Positions 1 to 9,515 of a DNA stretch of 35,225 nt are shown piece by piece (within the stretch, counting starts at the first letter, position 1; each line of letters opens with the position of its first letter). The DNA is taken from assembly GCA_008369845.1 (NCBI GenBank), contig MRSU01004908.1, forward strand, positions 1 through 35,225, written 5' to 3'. The notes beneath the pieces are model-generated. The model was not told the DNA's origin. It was given only the letters and a program-made list of their open reading frames with translations, and did no database searches. This stretch comes from Trichomonas gallinae (lineage: Eukaryota). A program made the position numbers and the translations under genes.

Positions 1-142
1 ATGATGGACTTACATCACAAAACAAAACAATTACTCTTCTCGTAACAGACTAAATTGAAAATAAATGATTAATGAATCATGAAAATTATTTACATTAAAA
101 TATATATATCAATAAAATCATTGTTAATATTGCAACTATTAT

Positions 143-208
143 ACAGCTTTGGTTAGGGCTTCATTTAAATGTCATCATGAAGTTGTCAAACTGCTTCTCA
201 CAGTTCCT
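143..208 (+). pseudogene. Isolated ankyrin-repeat gene relic
   Basis: Translates as TALVRASFKCHHEVVKLLLTVP. Positions 171-208 match 18171-18208 of the ankyrin ORF at 37/38 nt. There is no surrounding ORF. Confidence 0.8.
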
Positions 209-307
209 ATATGAAAACTAGGCTTTTTAAGGAGCGAGATTTTAAGCTTTTTAGTTGTTCAAAAAATTAATTAAGGGGATGATAAAAATATAAAGGAGTT
301 TGACAAA

Positions 308-970
308 ATGCAAAGAATAAATAGACAGAATACGATTATAGAGAATTATCTGATACCACTTGCTGGAACAACAGCAGAGGAGAAAACTGCATATTATTGT
401 CAGCTATTTAGACCATATGAAGAAATCATTTTTCAATTTGAAGGCGCTTTACTGCTACACAACATTCCATTGTATGTATTTATCATTTTCTTATGTTTTG
501 CGTTTATCTATATCACATATCTCATTGAAATATCTCCATTTCCAACTTTTCTTTACTTTATTTCATTAATCCCAGCTGTACAGTTAGCAAAAGAGATTGG
601 ATGTTTCACAATTTTCAAATCAATGATGATTAAACTACCTGATTTGCCAAAAGATTCACCAAATAGAATTCGAACGTTAGAAGAAATATTTAATCTGCTA
701 CATCCATGTTTAACACTCTTATGGAGAATTGGGTACTTCATTTATCATACAATTTTGTTTCCAAATATTGTAGATTCGATTGCTTTATTCACAATCATCG
801 TATTATTAGGTTTAATTTCAATTATAGTTAGCACAACTGTTATTATAGGCGTTTTTATTTCTTCAATACTGTTTTTGCCAACAATATTGACAAGGAATTT
901 TGTTTATACTAATATTATGTATCATTTAGGTAATCCATTCCCGGAAATGGAACACGAAAAGATAAATTAA
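308..970 (+). CDS. Reticulon-homology-domain membrane protein, ARL6IP1/RETREG-like (putative ER-shaping protein)
   Basis: 220-aa ORF with two long hydrophobic hairpins (HNIPLYVFIIFLCFAFIYITYLIEISPFPTFLYFISL and IALFTIIVLLGLISIIVSTTVIIGVFISSILFLP) separated by a polar/amphipathic linker. The spacing and the terminal 'ILFLP' resemble ARL6IP1. Family assigned by eye. Confidence 0.6.
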   Translation: MQRINRQNTIIENYLIPLAGTTAEEKTAYYCQLFRPYEEIIFQFEGALLLHNIPLYVFIIFLCFAFIYITYLIEISPFPTFLYFISLIPAVQLAKEIGCFTIFKSMMIKLPDLPKDSPNRIRTLEEIFNLLHPCLTLLWRIGYFIYHTILFPNIVDSIALFTIIVLLGLISIIVSTTVIIGVFISSILFLPTILTRNFVYTNIMYHLGNPFPEMEHEKIN

Positions 971-1010
971 TTGTTTTTTATATATTTTCTCAACACACAA
1001 AAATTATTTT

Positions 1011-1709
1011 TTACTTTGATGGTTTTTCGACTTCTTTCTCTTCATATATACCAGAGTTTTTAGACTCTATCTGGTTATCAATGGATTTCACTTGATTTTG
1101 AGATTTAATTTCTTCTTCTTTTTCATTCTTAGTAACACTTTGGATTGTTGCTTGCTCTGGTAACTCTTCGAATGCCTCAATGTTTCCAAGTAAAACCGTA
1201 CGGACTTGTTCAGCAGATTGACGAGCTGCAAGTGCATTGCCTTTCAAAAAGATGGAAAGATTAAGTATTTGAATGCCGATAATGATGCAGTATACTATTG
1301 GATAAATTATTGTTTGGAATATGGATGTGAAGATCAAAATAATGAACCAAACAAAAAGTGGAAGTGTGCTTCCGACCCAAAATATGTTTGAAAGTGTAGG
1401 TTGCGGCATATCTTCTTCAGCATCGATATCAAAACTGTAGCATGAGTCTTGTGATCCTCCGATTTTATACGTGATTCCTATTAAAACTTTTCCGAAAACG
1501 ACTTTACTTAGTACAAAATCGATAGCTACTATGGTAAGAGTAATAATATGAAAGAATGACTTCGAAACACCTAATATTGAAGTAAAAACTGGTAATATTT
1601 TGAAAAGAGCAAACCAACCGGATGCCTTTGAACCGGCTTCTTTCCTTTCATCATGAATCAGATCCTCTTGATCGTTGTTAAGATGCGCAATGGAATTTTC
1701 TTTATCCAT
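1011..1709 (-). CDS. TVP23: Golgi membrane protein TVP23/FAM18-like
   Basis: Motifs ALFKILP, 'IDFVLSKVVFGKVLIGITY' (compare DFW.VKN..GR.LVGLRW), IFW and a final TM ending 'ILNLSIF', followed by a charged tail. The track start at 1721 is GTG, so the first ATG (MDKENS) at 1709 was used. Confidence 0.75.
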   Translation of the reverse strand: MDKENSIAHLNNDQEDLIHDERKEAGSKASGWFALFKILPVFTSILGVSKSFFHIITLTIVAIDFVLSKVVFGKVLIGITYKIGGSQDSCYSFDIDAEEDMPQPTLSNIFWVGSTLPLFVWFIILIFTSIFQTIIYPIVYCIIIGIQILNLSIFLKGNALAARQSAEQVRTVLLGNIEAFEELPEQATIQSVTKNEKEEEIKSQNQVKSIDNQIESKNSGIYEEKEVEKPSK

Positions 1710-2066
1710 AATAAAATTCACCCCTAATTATAAATATCACCCCCTTTAATAAATTAAAAATTGCGAAATAAATGCAGCACATTTCTATAGTAATGTTTTC
1801 CAATCAGATTTTCTAATTTTTTTTTGCTGAAAAATGTTTTCAGATCGAAATATTCATATTCATTAAATTTAATTATCAAAAATATCTATATTAAGTATAG
1901 GCACCTCTTTCATATATAAGCTTGAGCATCATTTGAAAATAAGAAAAAAAAATTCAATATTTTTTCCAAAACATCATCAATATACGAGAGGGTATAGTAG
2001 TTATCTGAAAAGCAATGCATATAACAAGAGTATTTTGATAAAAACACAAACAATTTATTCGTTATA

Positions 2067-2417
2067 TTATTCTTTCTTGATATTAAATCGCTTAAGAAGA
2101 GTTTCATATTCTTCATCTTTGCCAAATATTTCATTATCGTACTCGTTATGCAACGTTTTCCAAGTATCATCAACTTCATCGCCTTCTGATATGGCGACAT
2201 CTTCCGTTGGAATATCCTGGAAGTAATCTTGCTCAACAGAATCTAAATTCTGCTCTAAAACTGTCAATAAATCGATTAATTTTTCGATTTTGTTGTCAAC
2301 TTCATCAATTTGCGGTGGTTTATTGATCTGAACGGTCACATGGACTGCTCCCTTCCTTGGAGTTAATTCTGTTATTTCTTCTATATTTACTTGTCGAAAT
2401 AAAGAAATCGTTTTCAT
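2067..2417 (-). CDS. Hypothetical acidic protein, 116 aa, with a short coiled-coil
   Basis: ATG-initiated ORF with protein-like composition and a heptad stretch VDNKIEKLIDLLTVLEQNLDSV, flanked by AT-rich spacers. No family recognised. Confidence 0.7.
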   Translation of the reverse strand: MKTISLFRQVNIEEITELTPRKGAVHVTVQINKPPQIDEVDNKIEKLIDLLTVLEQNLDSVEQDYFQDIPTEDVAISEGDEVDDTWKTLHNEYDNEIFGKDEEYETLLKRFNIKKE

Positions 2418-2684
2418 TTTTTATATAAAACAGGGGATTTTTTAGTGTCAGACCCTCAAATTAATTTTTTAAAAATTGCTTCTAAATACAACAAGCAGAC
2501 CTTAAATGCAATAAAATCTACCAAAACGTATAAGTTTCGTTACAAATATTAAAATTATGAAAATTAAAATTCGTTCTATGTTAAAATAAAACGAGTAAAT
2601 ATATTATATATAAACATTTGTTGAGATTGGGAAATTTACATCATTTTAAATCCTAATATTAATTATATCTACTGTGATGGAAGT

Positions 2685-3029
2685 TTAGAAGAGATTCCAC
2701 TTTGCTGGTGGTGGTACGGCTCCGCGTGTTATATTCCAATATTGAATACCAATGAATATCAAAACGATAACTGAGACGATTAAACTTTGGCTAAAGATAG
2801 TTCCGTGAGATCCGCGATTTATAGCGAGGGAAACCATGACAAACCATACTCCCCATAAAGCTATAGGATCGAAACGCATCAGTATCGTGATACTCATAGT
2901 TAAACACATGGTCATCTGGTCATATGGATCTGTAGGTGGTTGTGGCTGATGGTTAATTTTTTGTGCTGCATCCATTGATTTTTCTGGTACAGCTTTTGGC
3001 TTCTGCTGCTTAACTTGTTGTTCACTCAT
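2685..3029 (-). CDS. PAT complex subunit Asterix (WDR83OS/PAT10/UPF0139)-like small membrane protein
   Basis: 114 aa: polar N-terminus, 'PTDPYD', three short hydrophobic helices (MTMCLTMSITILMRF / IALWGVWFVMVSLAIN / SLIVSVIVLIFIGIQY) and a Pro-rich PPP..W tail. This mirrors the Asterix architecture. Confidence 0.6.
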   Translation of the reverse strand: MSEQQVKQQKPKAVPEKSMDAAQKINHQPQPPTDPYDQMTMCLTMSITILMRFDPIALWGVWFVMVSLAINRGSHGTIFSQSLIVSVIVLIFIGIQYWNITRGAVPPPAKWNLF

Positions 3030-3152
3030 TATTTTTTTTATTTAATTAGGGTCAGTAAACGTGTAAATCCCTTTTTAATAATCCAGGGTTATTGCACTTT
3101 TTATTCCCCTATATTATATCCCCCTGTTTATTTTTGTAAATCCCTTATTTAA

Positions 3153-4805
3153 ATGGATAAAACTCAATATTTATTTCCTGCAGAGTTTTTCACAAAGACA
3201 TATAACTATAAAGATTACTCGAAAACGGAGAGTTTCCCTATTTTCAAGATTCCAATCGGTTTTACAGCGTTTTCATTATATCACATTGCTCAATATTACG
3301 ATTCTACGGCTATTGATTCATTCAACATGTTTGTTTTCGATGATATAGATAAAAATTTCTCATCAGAAGAAAAAGATATCGATTTTTCACCATATTTAGA
3401 AAAAATCTCGTATTTTTACTTGAAAGACATCGATAAAACATCAGATATCTCACAGTTCCTCATGAATGTTACAGATAGAAATCCACTAATCATGCAAAAC
3501 ATTGTCAAATTAGGAAGATTTAGTTTTTCTGAAGCCGTTACAATAAATGTGCCTTCAGGTAAGGAAGATGGCATTATCTACTCACTTTCATCATCAAGAA
3601 ACTTTGATTTACCACAGAATTTCCTTGTCGATTGTACTCCTGATTCAATTCCGCGTGCTGTGTTGATAACTGTTGCTCAGCCACTTATGCTGAACAATGC
3701 AATACACGAAGATTTCCCTTTGATATCGTCTGTTTTCAAAAAGCGAGAAAAAGCTCAAGCAATGACAAATGATTTAACAATCGGCCAATTTGAGCTTCAA
3801 TGGGCAATTGTCACACTCGATGGCATATTTTTCTTGATAATATGCCGTCATCCGTTCTATTTACGCGTCACAGACAATTATCGAACGAGATTTAATTCTC
3901 TTGAAGACGCTTTTGGTGAATGCCGTGTTTTATTTGTTTCATACATGTTCAGTGAGTTCTCTCCAGACTGTGAACTCACTGTAAACATGTCAACATCAAA
4001 ATTTCACGACGACAAAATTCCAGGTGATAATTATTACAAAGAAATCGCTACAAAGAACTACTCCGAGGTTTCTGATGATATAAAGGCCTTCCTTGTTCGC
4101 TCTATTGAGTTCCCTTCCCTTTATTTTAAAGCGAGTAATTATAATCTTACTGTTGGACAGTGCGCATCATTAATGGCGATGTATCCAATGATGTCTGTCG
4201 AAGCATCCAAGATAGCATCAGCTCTTGTCCGTCCTTCGCCTAATTTCGATACTTGTTCTTCAGCATTAAAAGATTATAACAGATATCTTCTCTGGCTAAG
4301 GTCTATGACAACAGCGATGAAAGCTATGACAACTGGAAAGCTAGATAGACTGATTCGTGCATTTTCTAGCGCTTTCTTCGCTTTGCCAGGAAAAAATGAA
4401 TATTTAGTTTCTGTAACCTTTAAGCTGGCAATGCGCAGTATTGGATTATACAGGAAAAAGAGGGGAATGAATGATTCTTTCTTCGAAAAAATGCTGCTCT
4501 TCTTCAAACACGTTTTAGGAAATGATTTCGACGAAATTCTCGGAATTAATAGGTTTGACGTTTTCAAATCCGTGAGAAATTTCATTGTGACAGTAGATAC
4601 ATGTGGTGTAGTTCTTTTACCTTTAAAATTCTCAAGGAAAACTGTTTCTCCGTTGAGAGCAGGAAATAAACTTGTTTCCGCTATAGAAAACCTAGAAAAT
4701 ACTCACAACATCAAGATCGAAGGCGATGACAGTCAGTACAGCTTGAATCCTGACTATTACGAGTTTCTCAAATCGCAGACATACGAAGAATGCATAATGC
4801 AATAG
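3153..4805 (+). CDS. Hypothetical protein, 550 aa
   Basis: Long ATG-initiated ORF with normal globular composition, head-to-head with 2685..3029 across a 123-bp spacer. No recognisable motif. Confidence 0.85.
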   Translation: MDKTQYLFPAEFFTKTYNYKDYSKTESFPIFKIPIGFTAFSLYHIAQYYDSTAIDSFNMFVFDDIDKNFSSEEKDIDFSPYLEKISYFYLKDIDKTSDISQFLMNVTDRNPLIMQNIVKLGRFSFSEAVTINVPSGKEDGIIYSLSSSRNFDLPQNFLVDCTPDSIPRAVLITVAQPLMLNNAIHEDFPLISSVFKKREKAQAMTNDLTIGQFELQWAIVTLDGIFFLIICRHPFYLRVTDNYRTRFNSLEDAFGECRVLFVSYMFSEFSPDCELTVNMSTSKFHDDKIPGDNYYKEIATKNYSEVSDDIKAFLVRSIEFPSLYFKASNYNLTVGQCASLMAMYPMMSVEASKIASALVRPSPNFDTCSSALKDYNRYLLWLRSMTTAMKAMTTGKLDRLIRAFSSAFFALPGKNEYLVSVTFKLAMRSIGLYRKKRGMNDSFFEKMLLFFKHVLGNDFDEILGINRFDVFKSVRNFIVTVDTCGVVLLPLKFSRKTVSPLRAGNKLVSAIENLENTHNIKIEGDDSQYSLNPDYYEFLKSQTYEECIMQ

Positions 4806-5158
4806 AATACTAATAATTATGTTTGTTTTTTATATTATAAATTATTCGATTTAATTCTTTGTTTTTTAATCTACTTCGAAGGATCTCTGCAAATATTGTA
4901 TGTATGATAGTAGGAGATGAACCCTTGACTGTCGTGCTTTTTTAAAATTGTTGTAGAAGTATCAATAAAATGTAAAATAAAAAAGAAATGTTATTGATGA
5001 ATGAGAGAATCATGATAAATCAGCCTATGTGACCTGTTATCATCTCATCGTTAATCATATAAATGCAAGTGTTTCTCGAGGTTTTATAGAATAGTTATAT
5101 CAAAATAAGTCAGCTGATTTTTTTTTGGAAAAATATATAAATTTAACAATTTAACAAT

Positions 5159-5893
5159 TTATGGCTGATAAAATCCAGGATATGGGAAGTGGCAGCAGCC
5201 AATGTACATACCGTTCTCTTTTGCATATTTTATGAAGTATTTCCTCTTTGCAATTGCAGCCTTTTTATCCATATCATAACTATTGCAATATTCAGGATAT
5301 TTTCTTTGCAAAGCGAGACCGTGTATCATGTCGGCGCACAATAGGACTTTTCCTACTTCAAACACTGTGTGTCCTGGTGTGTGACCTGAGCAATCGTGCG
5401 CTATAACGTTGCATGGTAGGACATCTCCATGTTTGAAGAATTTAATGCGAGGCCCATATAGCTCTATTGTTTTATCTATACGAAGTCGGTCGGCTTCTCT
5501 ATGCTTGAAACGATTGTTGTATTCTTTCTCACCAATATATACAGTTGCATTTGGGAAAACGACTTCATCACCATTGAGTAATCCGCCAATATGGTCATCA
5601 TGGCAATGAGATATGTATATATAGTTGATATCTTCTGGCATTACATTTAAAGATTTAAGTTTTTCTAGAAGAAGAGTATTTGGTTGAGGAAGACCTGTAT
5701 CAACAAGTATCTTTGTGGCATTGCTTTCAATTAAGAAGTTACTAAAAGACGAAGGAATGTATTCTTCACATCCAATCTCTTTGAAAATTTCATCTGGTGT
5801 ATCTGGAAATACATCTCTTTCCATTCTATATTCTCTAGGTAAATAATGCATCCATGTTGCTTTTAGATTATCGAGTTCTAGAGTGTACATCAT
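5159..5893 (-). CDS. MBL-fold metallo-hydrolase (AHL-lactonase / methyl-parathion-hydrolase-like)
   Basis: Motifs ILVDTG, HCHDDHIGGL (HxHxDH), FPNATVY, GHTPGH, ADMIH and C-terminal HFPYPG. Inr-like TCATT at 5912-5908. Confidence 0.92.
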   Translation of the reverse strand: MMYTLELDNLKATWMHYLPREYRMERDVFPDTPDEIFKEIGCEEYIPSSFSNFLIESNATKILVDTGLPQPNTLLLEKLKSLNVMPEDINYIYISHCHDDHIGGLLNGDEVVFPNATVYIGEKEYNNRFKHREADRLRIDKTIELYGPRIKFFKHGDVLPCNVIAHDCSGHTPGHTVFEVGKVLLCADMIHGLALQRKYPEYCNSYDMDKKAAIAKRKYFIKYAKENGMYIGCCHFPYPGFYQP

Positions 5894-6289
5894 GCCAAAC
5901 TACACTGAATGAAAATATTCTAACGTGTTTCTTTTAAAAGTTTGAGAACACACAGAAAATTCAAAAAGAAAAAAAAAACCGATTTTGAACTCTTTGAAAA
6001 TAAAAATATCAAAATTTTCATCTCAATTTCAACGTTAACTAAAAATCGGCTATGAAATATTGCAGCATACTCGTAGATAAATTGATTATATGTCTCATTT
6101 TTTAAATTTAAAAATGATGTACATATGAATTTCAAACGATTTGACCAAATTAAATCATTGCTCTCATAGAATTAATTACATGTTAATAAAAATATCCTCA
6201 AAGTACGAAAGCTATAAAAAGATGGAGATGCAACAATGCAAAATTTAATATCTAATAATCTACAAGAAAATGATATATATATATATGGA

Positions 6290-6638
6290 AGTCCCGGGAA
6301 AAACCTGTCAACAGAGGCAAAAGAGTTATTTTTTCGAAATAAAAATAGCATGGTATGTTTCCTTATGTCCATAGGGGTCTCCTATATGAATATGATGTGA
6401 TTTCGCACACCTTCGAAATTAGATTCGAATTTCGAGATCTGGTTAGTATTCCTATGAAAACTAGATAAAAACATGTTTAAATGTCTGAGAAAAATTAGAT
6501 TTAATCTCAAAATTAAATATAGGTATATTGCTTTCATTTTCAATTATATAATACAACCCCAAGTGTACATATTGTATACAAAGTTCTAGCTTCTAATATT
6601 GACTCTTTTGCCTCTCTTGACAGGTTTTTCACCCGACT
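6290..6638. mobile_element. Putative non-autonomous DNA transposon (MITE) with terminal inverted repeats, in a (TA)n tract
   Basis: 6298-6326 (gaaaaacctgtcaacagaggcaaaagagt) is the reverse complement of 6602-6630 with 1 mismatch in 29 nt. The outer AGTC/GACT ends also pair. TA runs lie on both sides and the interior has no convincing coding region. Confidence 0.7.
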
Positions 6639-6998
6639 ATATATATATTGCAATAAAATCATTGTTAAAATTGAAACTATTATACGGCTTTGATTAGTGT
6701 TGTTTCTTTTAGACTATTAGGATATATAGTACACTGTCATGTTTACTTACTAAATTAGTTCATCTCTATTCATCTGTGTGAGAAGTTGCTGAATATTAAC
6801 CTGGTGAATTTCTTATAAATAATTCGTAAAATCGACCTAAACTTTATAGATACTCCTCAAATATCAGCAATATTGTAACAATCATTGATAAATCTGAAAA
6901 ATCAATATTGAATTTTGATTGTAAATATGATGATAAATATGCCACATCATGAAACTTATACTACAAATAGATATTTAAACAATAAATACAAAACAAAA

Positions 6999-8951
6999 TC
7001 ATAAATTAAGATTCTTCGCAACTTCTTTGTTCTTTTCAGCAAGTGCTGCAATGTTTGTGCAGCACCATTCATCAGGCTTTTCTCGAGAATCAGCGGCAGC
7101 CTTCAGCTCATCGATGTCGTCGAGATTGAATGTTCCTGAATTGCGGGATCTTTCGAAATAAGTTGTATCAAAATTATCATTGAGATTTGGAATGAATGGA
7201 GCCTGAGTCTGATACAATTCATCGAAGTTGATGTTCTCAAAAATCTTGTATGTCTTGAGAACATCAGCTTCTGGTCTTTTCTCCGGATTCATGTTCAGCA
7301 AATCGTGCACAAACTTCTTGTAATTTTCGCTGACTTCAACATCATCTGGCCATTCGTATTTTCCTGCGACTATACTCGAGAAAACTTCTGCTTCTGACTC
7401 ACCATTGAATGGCGGCTCTCCGACGACTAACTCGTAAGCGATGACACCAAGAGCCCACCAATCAACCTTAGGAGAGTAGTCGCTCCTCAAAAGACTCTCC
7501 GGTGATATATAATGCGGCGTGCCAACGACTCTACTTTTATGATCTTTTGTGTCAATTTTTGTATTCGAAGAAGGCGCGAATCTGAACATCAAGGATCTGC
7601 CTACTTCTCTCTGCTCGACACCGAACTTGGAGAGACCGAAATCAGTGAGCTGAAGATGACCTACATCGTTGATCAAAATGTTGTCAGGTTTCAAGTCGCA
7701 ATGAACTACGCCAAGAGAATGTAGGTATTCTATCGCTAAAACTAATTCAGCGACGTAAAAAGCAGCAACATCTTCATCAAGACAGCCGACACTCTCTAGC
7801 AACGCAAATAAGTCACCGCCACGCGCGAAACTCATCACGAAGAAAACAGTGCTCGAAGCTCTAAAAGACCAGTAGAGTGAAATCGTTGACGGGTGAAGTG
7901 CTCGACACATAACTTCTCTTTCAGTGTCCAAGACGTCGTTCTTCATGCTCAAGTCGTCAGCTGGGATGCTCTTGAGAGCGAATACATCACCAGTCTGGAT
8001 CCTCTGAACGAGGAAAACGCTTCCATAAGCGCCTCGACTGATTGGAGTGACAATTTTGAAGTCACGAAGTCTCGGAGGAGGAAGTGGAGGCATTGCGTAG
8101 CCTTCTGTGATATCCGGTGAATCGTTTGTGGCTATAGATGATGAGGCAACATTTGCCTTTTGAATTCCGTGCTTCATTAAATGGTGGCGGCGTTTTATCA
8201 TCTCGAAAAGTGGAGCTGGAACAGAAAAATTATTTGACTTTACTTGTTTAATGAAATTCGATGATAAGAATAACGACAATGAGCTTGTGAATTGGCAGTT
8301 CTTTATTACTTGCTGTAGCATCTCTTGTTCGTGATGATGAAGAGTTGGGATTTGTTTTTCGATTTCTTCATTTAACTCAGTCCATTCTAGTTTCATGGCA
8401 TGACACTCAAGACAGTTTGTTGTGTGTGTAACAAAGTCATCCGGTGATATCGCGCATTCGCAAATTCTGCATAATGGTTTTTTAGCATTGGAAGGAGATC
8501 CGTAAACGATACGTTTTGGTGATGATTCTGGTGTTATCTTTTTAACTTCAGAATGTATTGGAGAACGCTTTAAGAAAGTTGATTGAAGTCTCTGCGGAGT
8601 TCTATTGACGTTATCCCATCTTTTCATTAACGATTGGCTTTGTTGAGATAGTGGATGAAGTGCATGCTTAAATTTAAGAAGAAGGAAGAGAAATTGGAGT
8701 TTGGTTTGATTATAAGCGTCTTGTGTTGGATTTTCGTTTGAATATTGGCTAATTATCGATTCAAGTGTCTGTTCTAAAGTGTTTAATTCGCAATCGTTGA
8801 GCATCTGAAAAGTTGCCCCGATTTTTAAGGCAATATTCACAGCAGAAGGAATATCTTCAAGGAAATCTCGAATCAGGTCAAGGCCCCAGTCTTTTGTTTG
8901 CTGGAGGTAAAGGTCAGAATCTGAAGGACCTTCGCTGAGATTCTGATTCAT
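6999..8951 (-). CDS. AGC-group Ser/Thr kinase, Greatwall/MAST/IRE/Rim15-like
   Basis: Motifs PISRGAYGSVFL, FALK, GGDLFALL, HCDLKPDNIL, LTDFGLSK + insert, VVGTPHYISPE, DWWALGV and AGC tail PFIP..DTTYF. An upstream CxxC..HxxxC (CRICE..HTTNC) is typical of IRE/Rim15. The track start at 9011 is TTG; ATG 8951 was chosen, with Inr-like TCATTTT at 8988-8982. Confidence 0.92.
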   Translation of the reverse strand: MNQNLSEGPSDSDLYLQQTKDWGLDLIRDFLEDIPSAVNIALKIGATFQMLNDCELNTLEQTLESIISQYSNENPTQDAYNQTKLQFLFLLLKFKHALHPLSQQSQSLMKRWDNVNRTPQRLQSTFLKRSPIHSEVKKITPESSPKRIVYGSPSNAKKPLCRICECAISPDDFVTHTTNCLECHAMKLEWTELNEEIEKQIPTLHHHEQEMLQQVIKNCQFTSSLSLFLSSNFIKQVKSNNFSVPAPLFEMIKRRHHLMKHGIQKANVASSSIATNDSPDITEGYAMPPLPPPRLRDFKIVTPISRGAYGSVFLVQRIQTGDVFALKSIPADDLSMKNDVLDTEREVMCRALHPSTISLYWSFRASSTVFFVMSFARGGDLFALLESVGCLDEDVAAFYVAELVLAIEYLHSLGVVHCDLKPDNILINDVGHLQLTDFGLSKFGVEQREVGRSLMFRFAPSSNTKIDTKDHKSRVVGTPHYISPESLLRSDYSPKVDWWALGVIAYELVVGEPPFNGESEAEVFSSIVAGKYEWPDDVEVSENYKKFVHDLLNMNPEKRPEADVLKTYKIFENINFDELYQTQAPFIPNLNDNFDTTYFERSRNSGTFNLDDIDELKAAADSREKPDEWCCTNIAALAEKNKEVAKNLNL

Positions 8952-9515
8952 CCCTTTTGTCAGATTTTTCCAAAAACTGACAAAATGAAATTGTAAACCG
9001 ACAAATGTCAATTTTCATTTTATTGTTGATAACTTGTTGATTAAATCGATTATTGGTCTCACTAATAAAATTATATAATATTTTTTGATATAATAATCAT
9101 TTTATTAGATCATTTCGTCATGAAATGCTTTAAATAATGTAGATCATTTGTGAATTTCGTTTATTTTAACGATAATATCAATACATTTCCAGCTAATATA
9201 GTTATTTATGATGTAAAACTATTGTATCACTATAATATATATCTATAATTTATCAAAAAACAAATTGAAAAATAAATTTTTCTGTTATGTTAAGTTTCCA
9301 TTCGATATCATATTCTTAAAAGAGCAAAAGATGAGTTTTTGATACATAATAAGAAAGATTTGATAATATTAATAATATATTTGCAATAAATCAAAGCAAT
9401 CCTTGAATATTGTGGGTACAAAAGAGTTGTAAATCCAGAATAATAACAGTAAAATGGATACAAAAACAATTTCAAATTATATTTTGATTTTTATCTACTA
9501 AAAAAACAAATTTAA

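Noticed and set aside
1910..2236. ORFs 1910..2236 (-) and 1933..2226 (+)
   Set aside because: They overlap the better-supported 2067..2417 gene and run into low-complexity AT-rich spacer.
5920..6372. Short ORFs 5920..6135 and 6172..6372
   Set aside because: F/K/I-rich translations typical of AT-rich non-coding DNA. The second crosses the MITE terminus.
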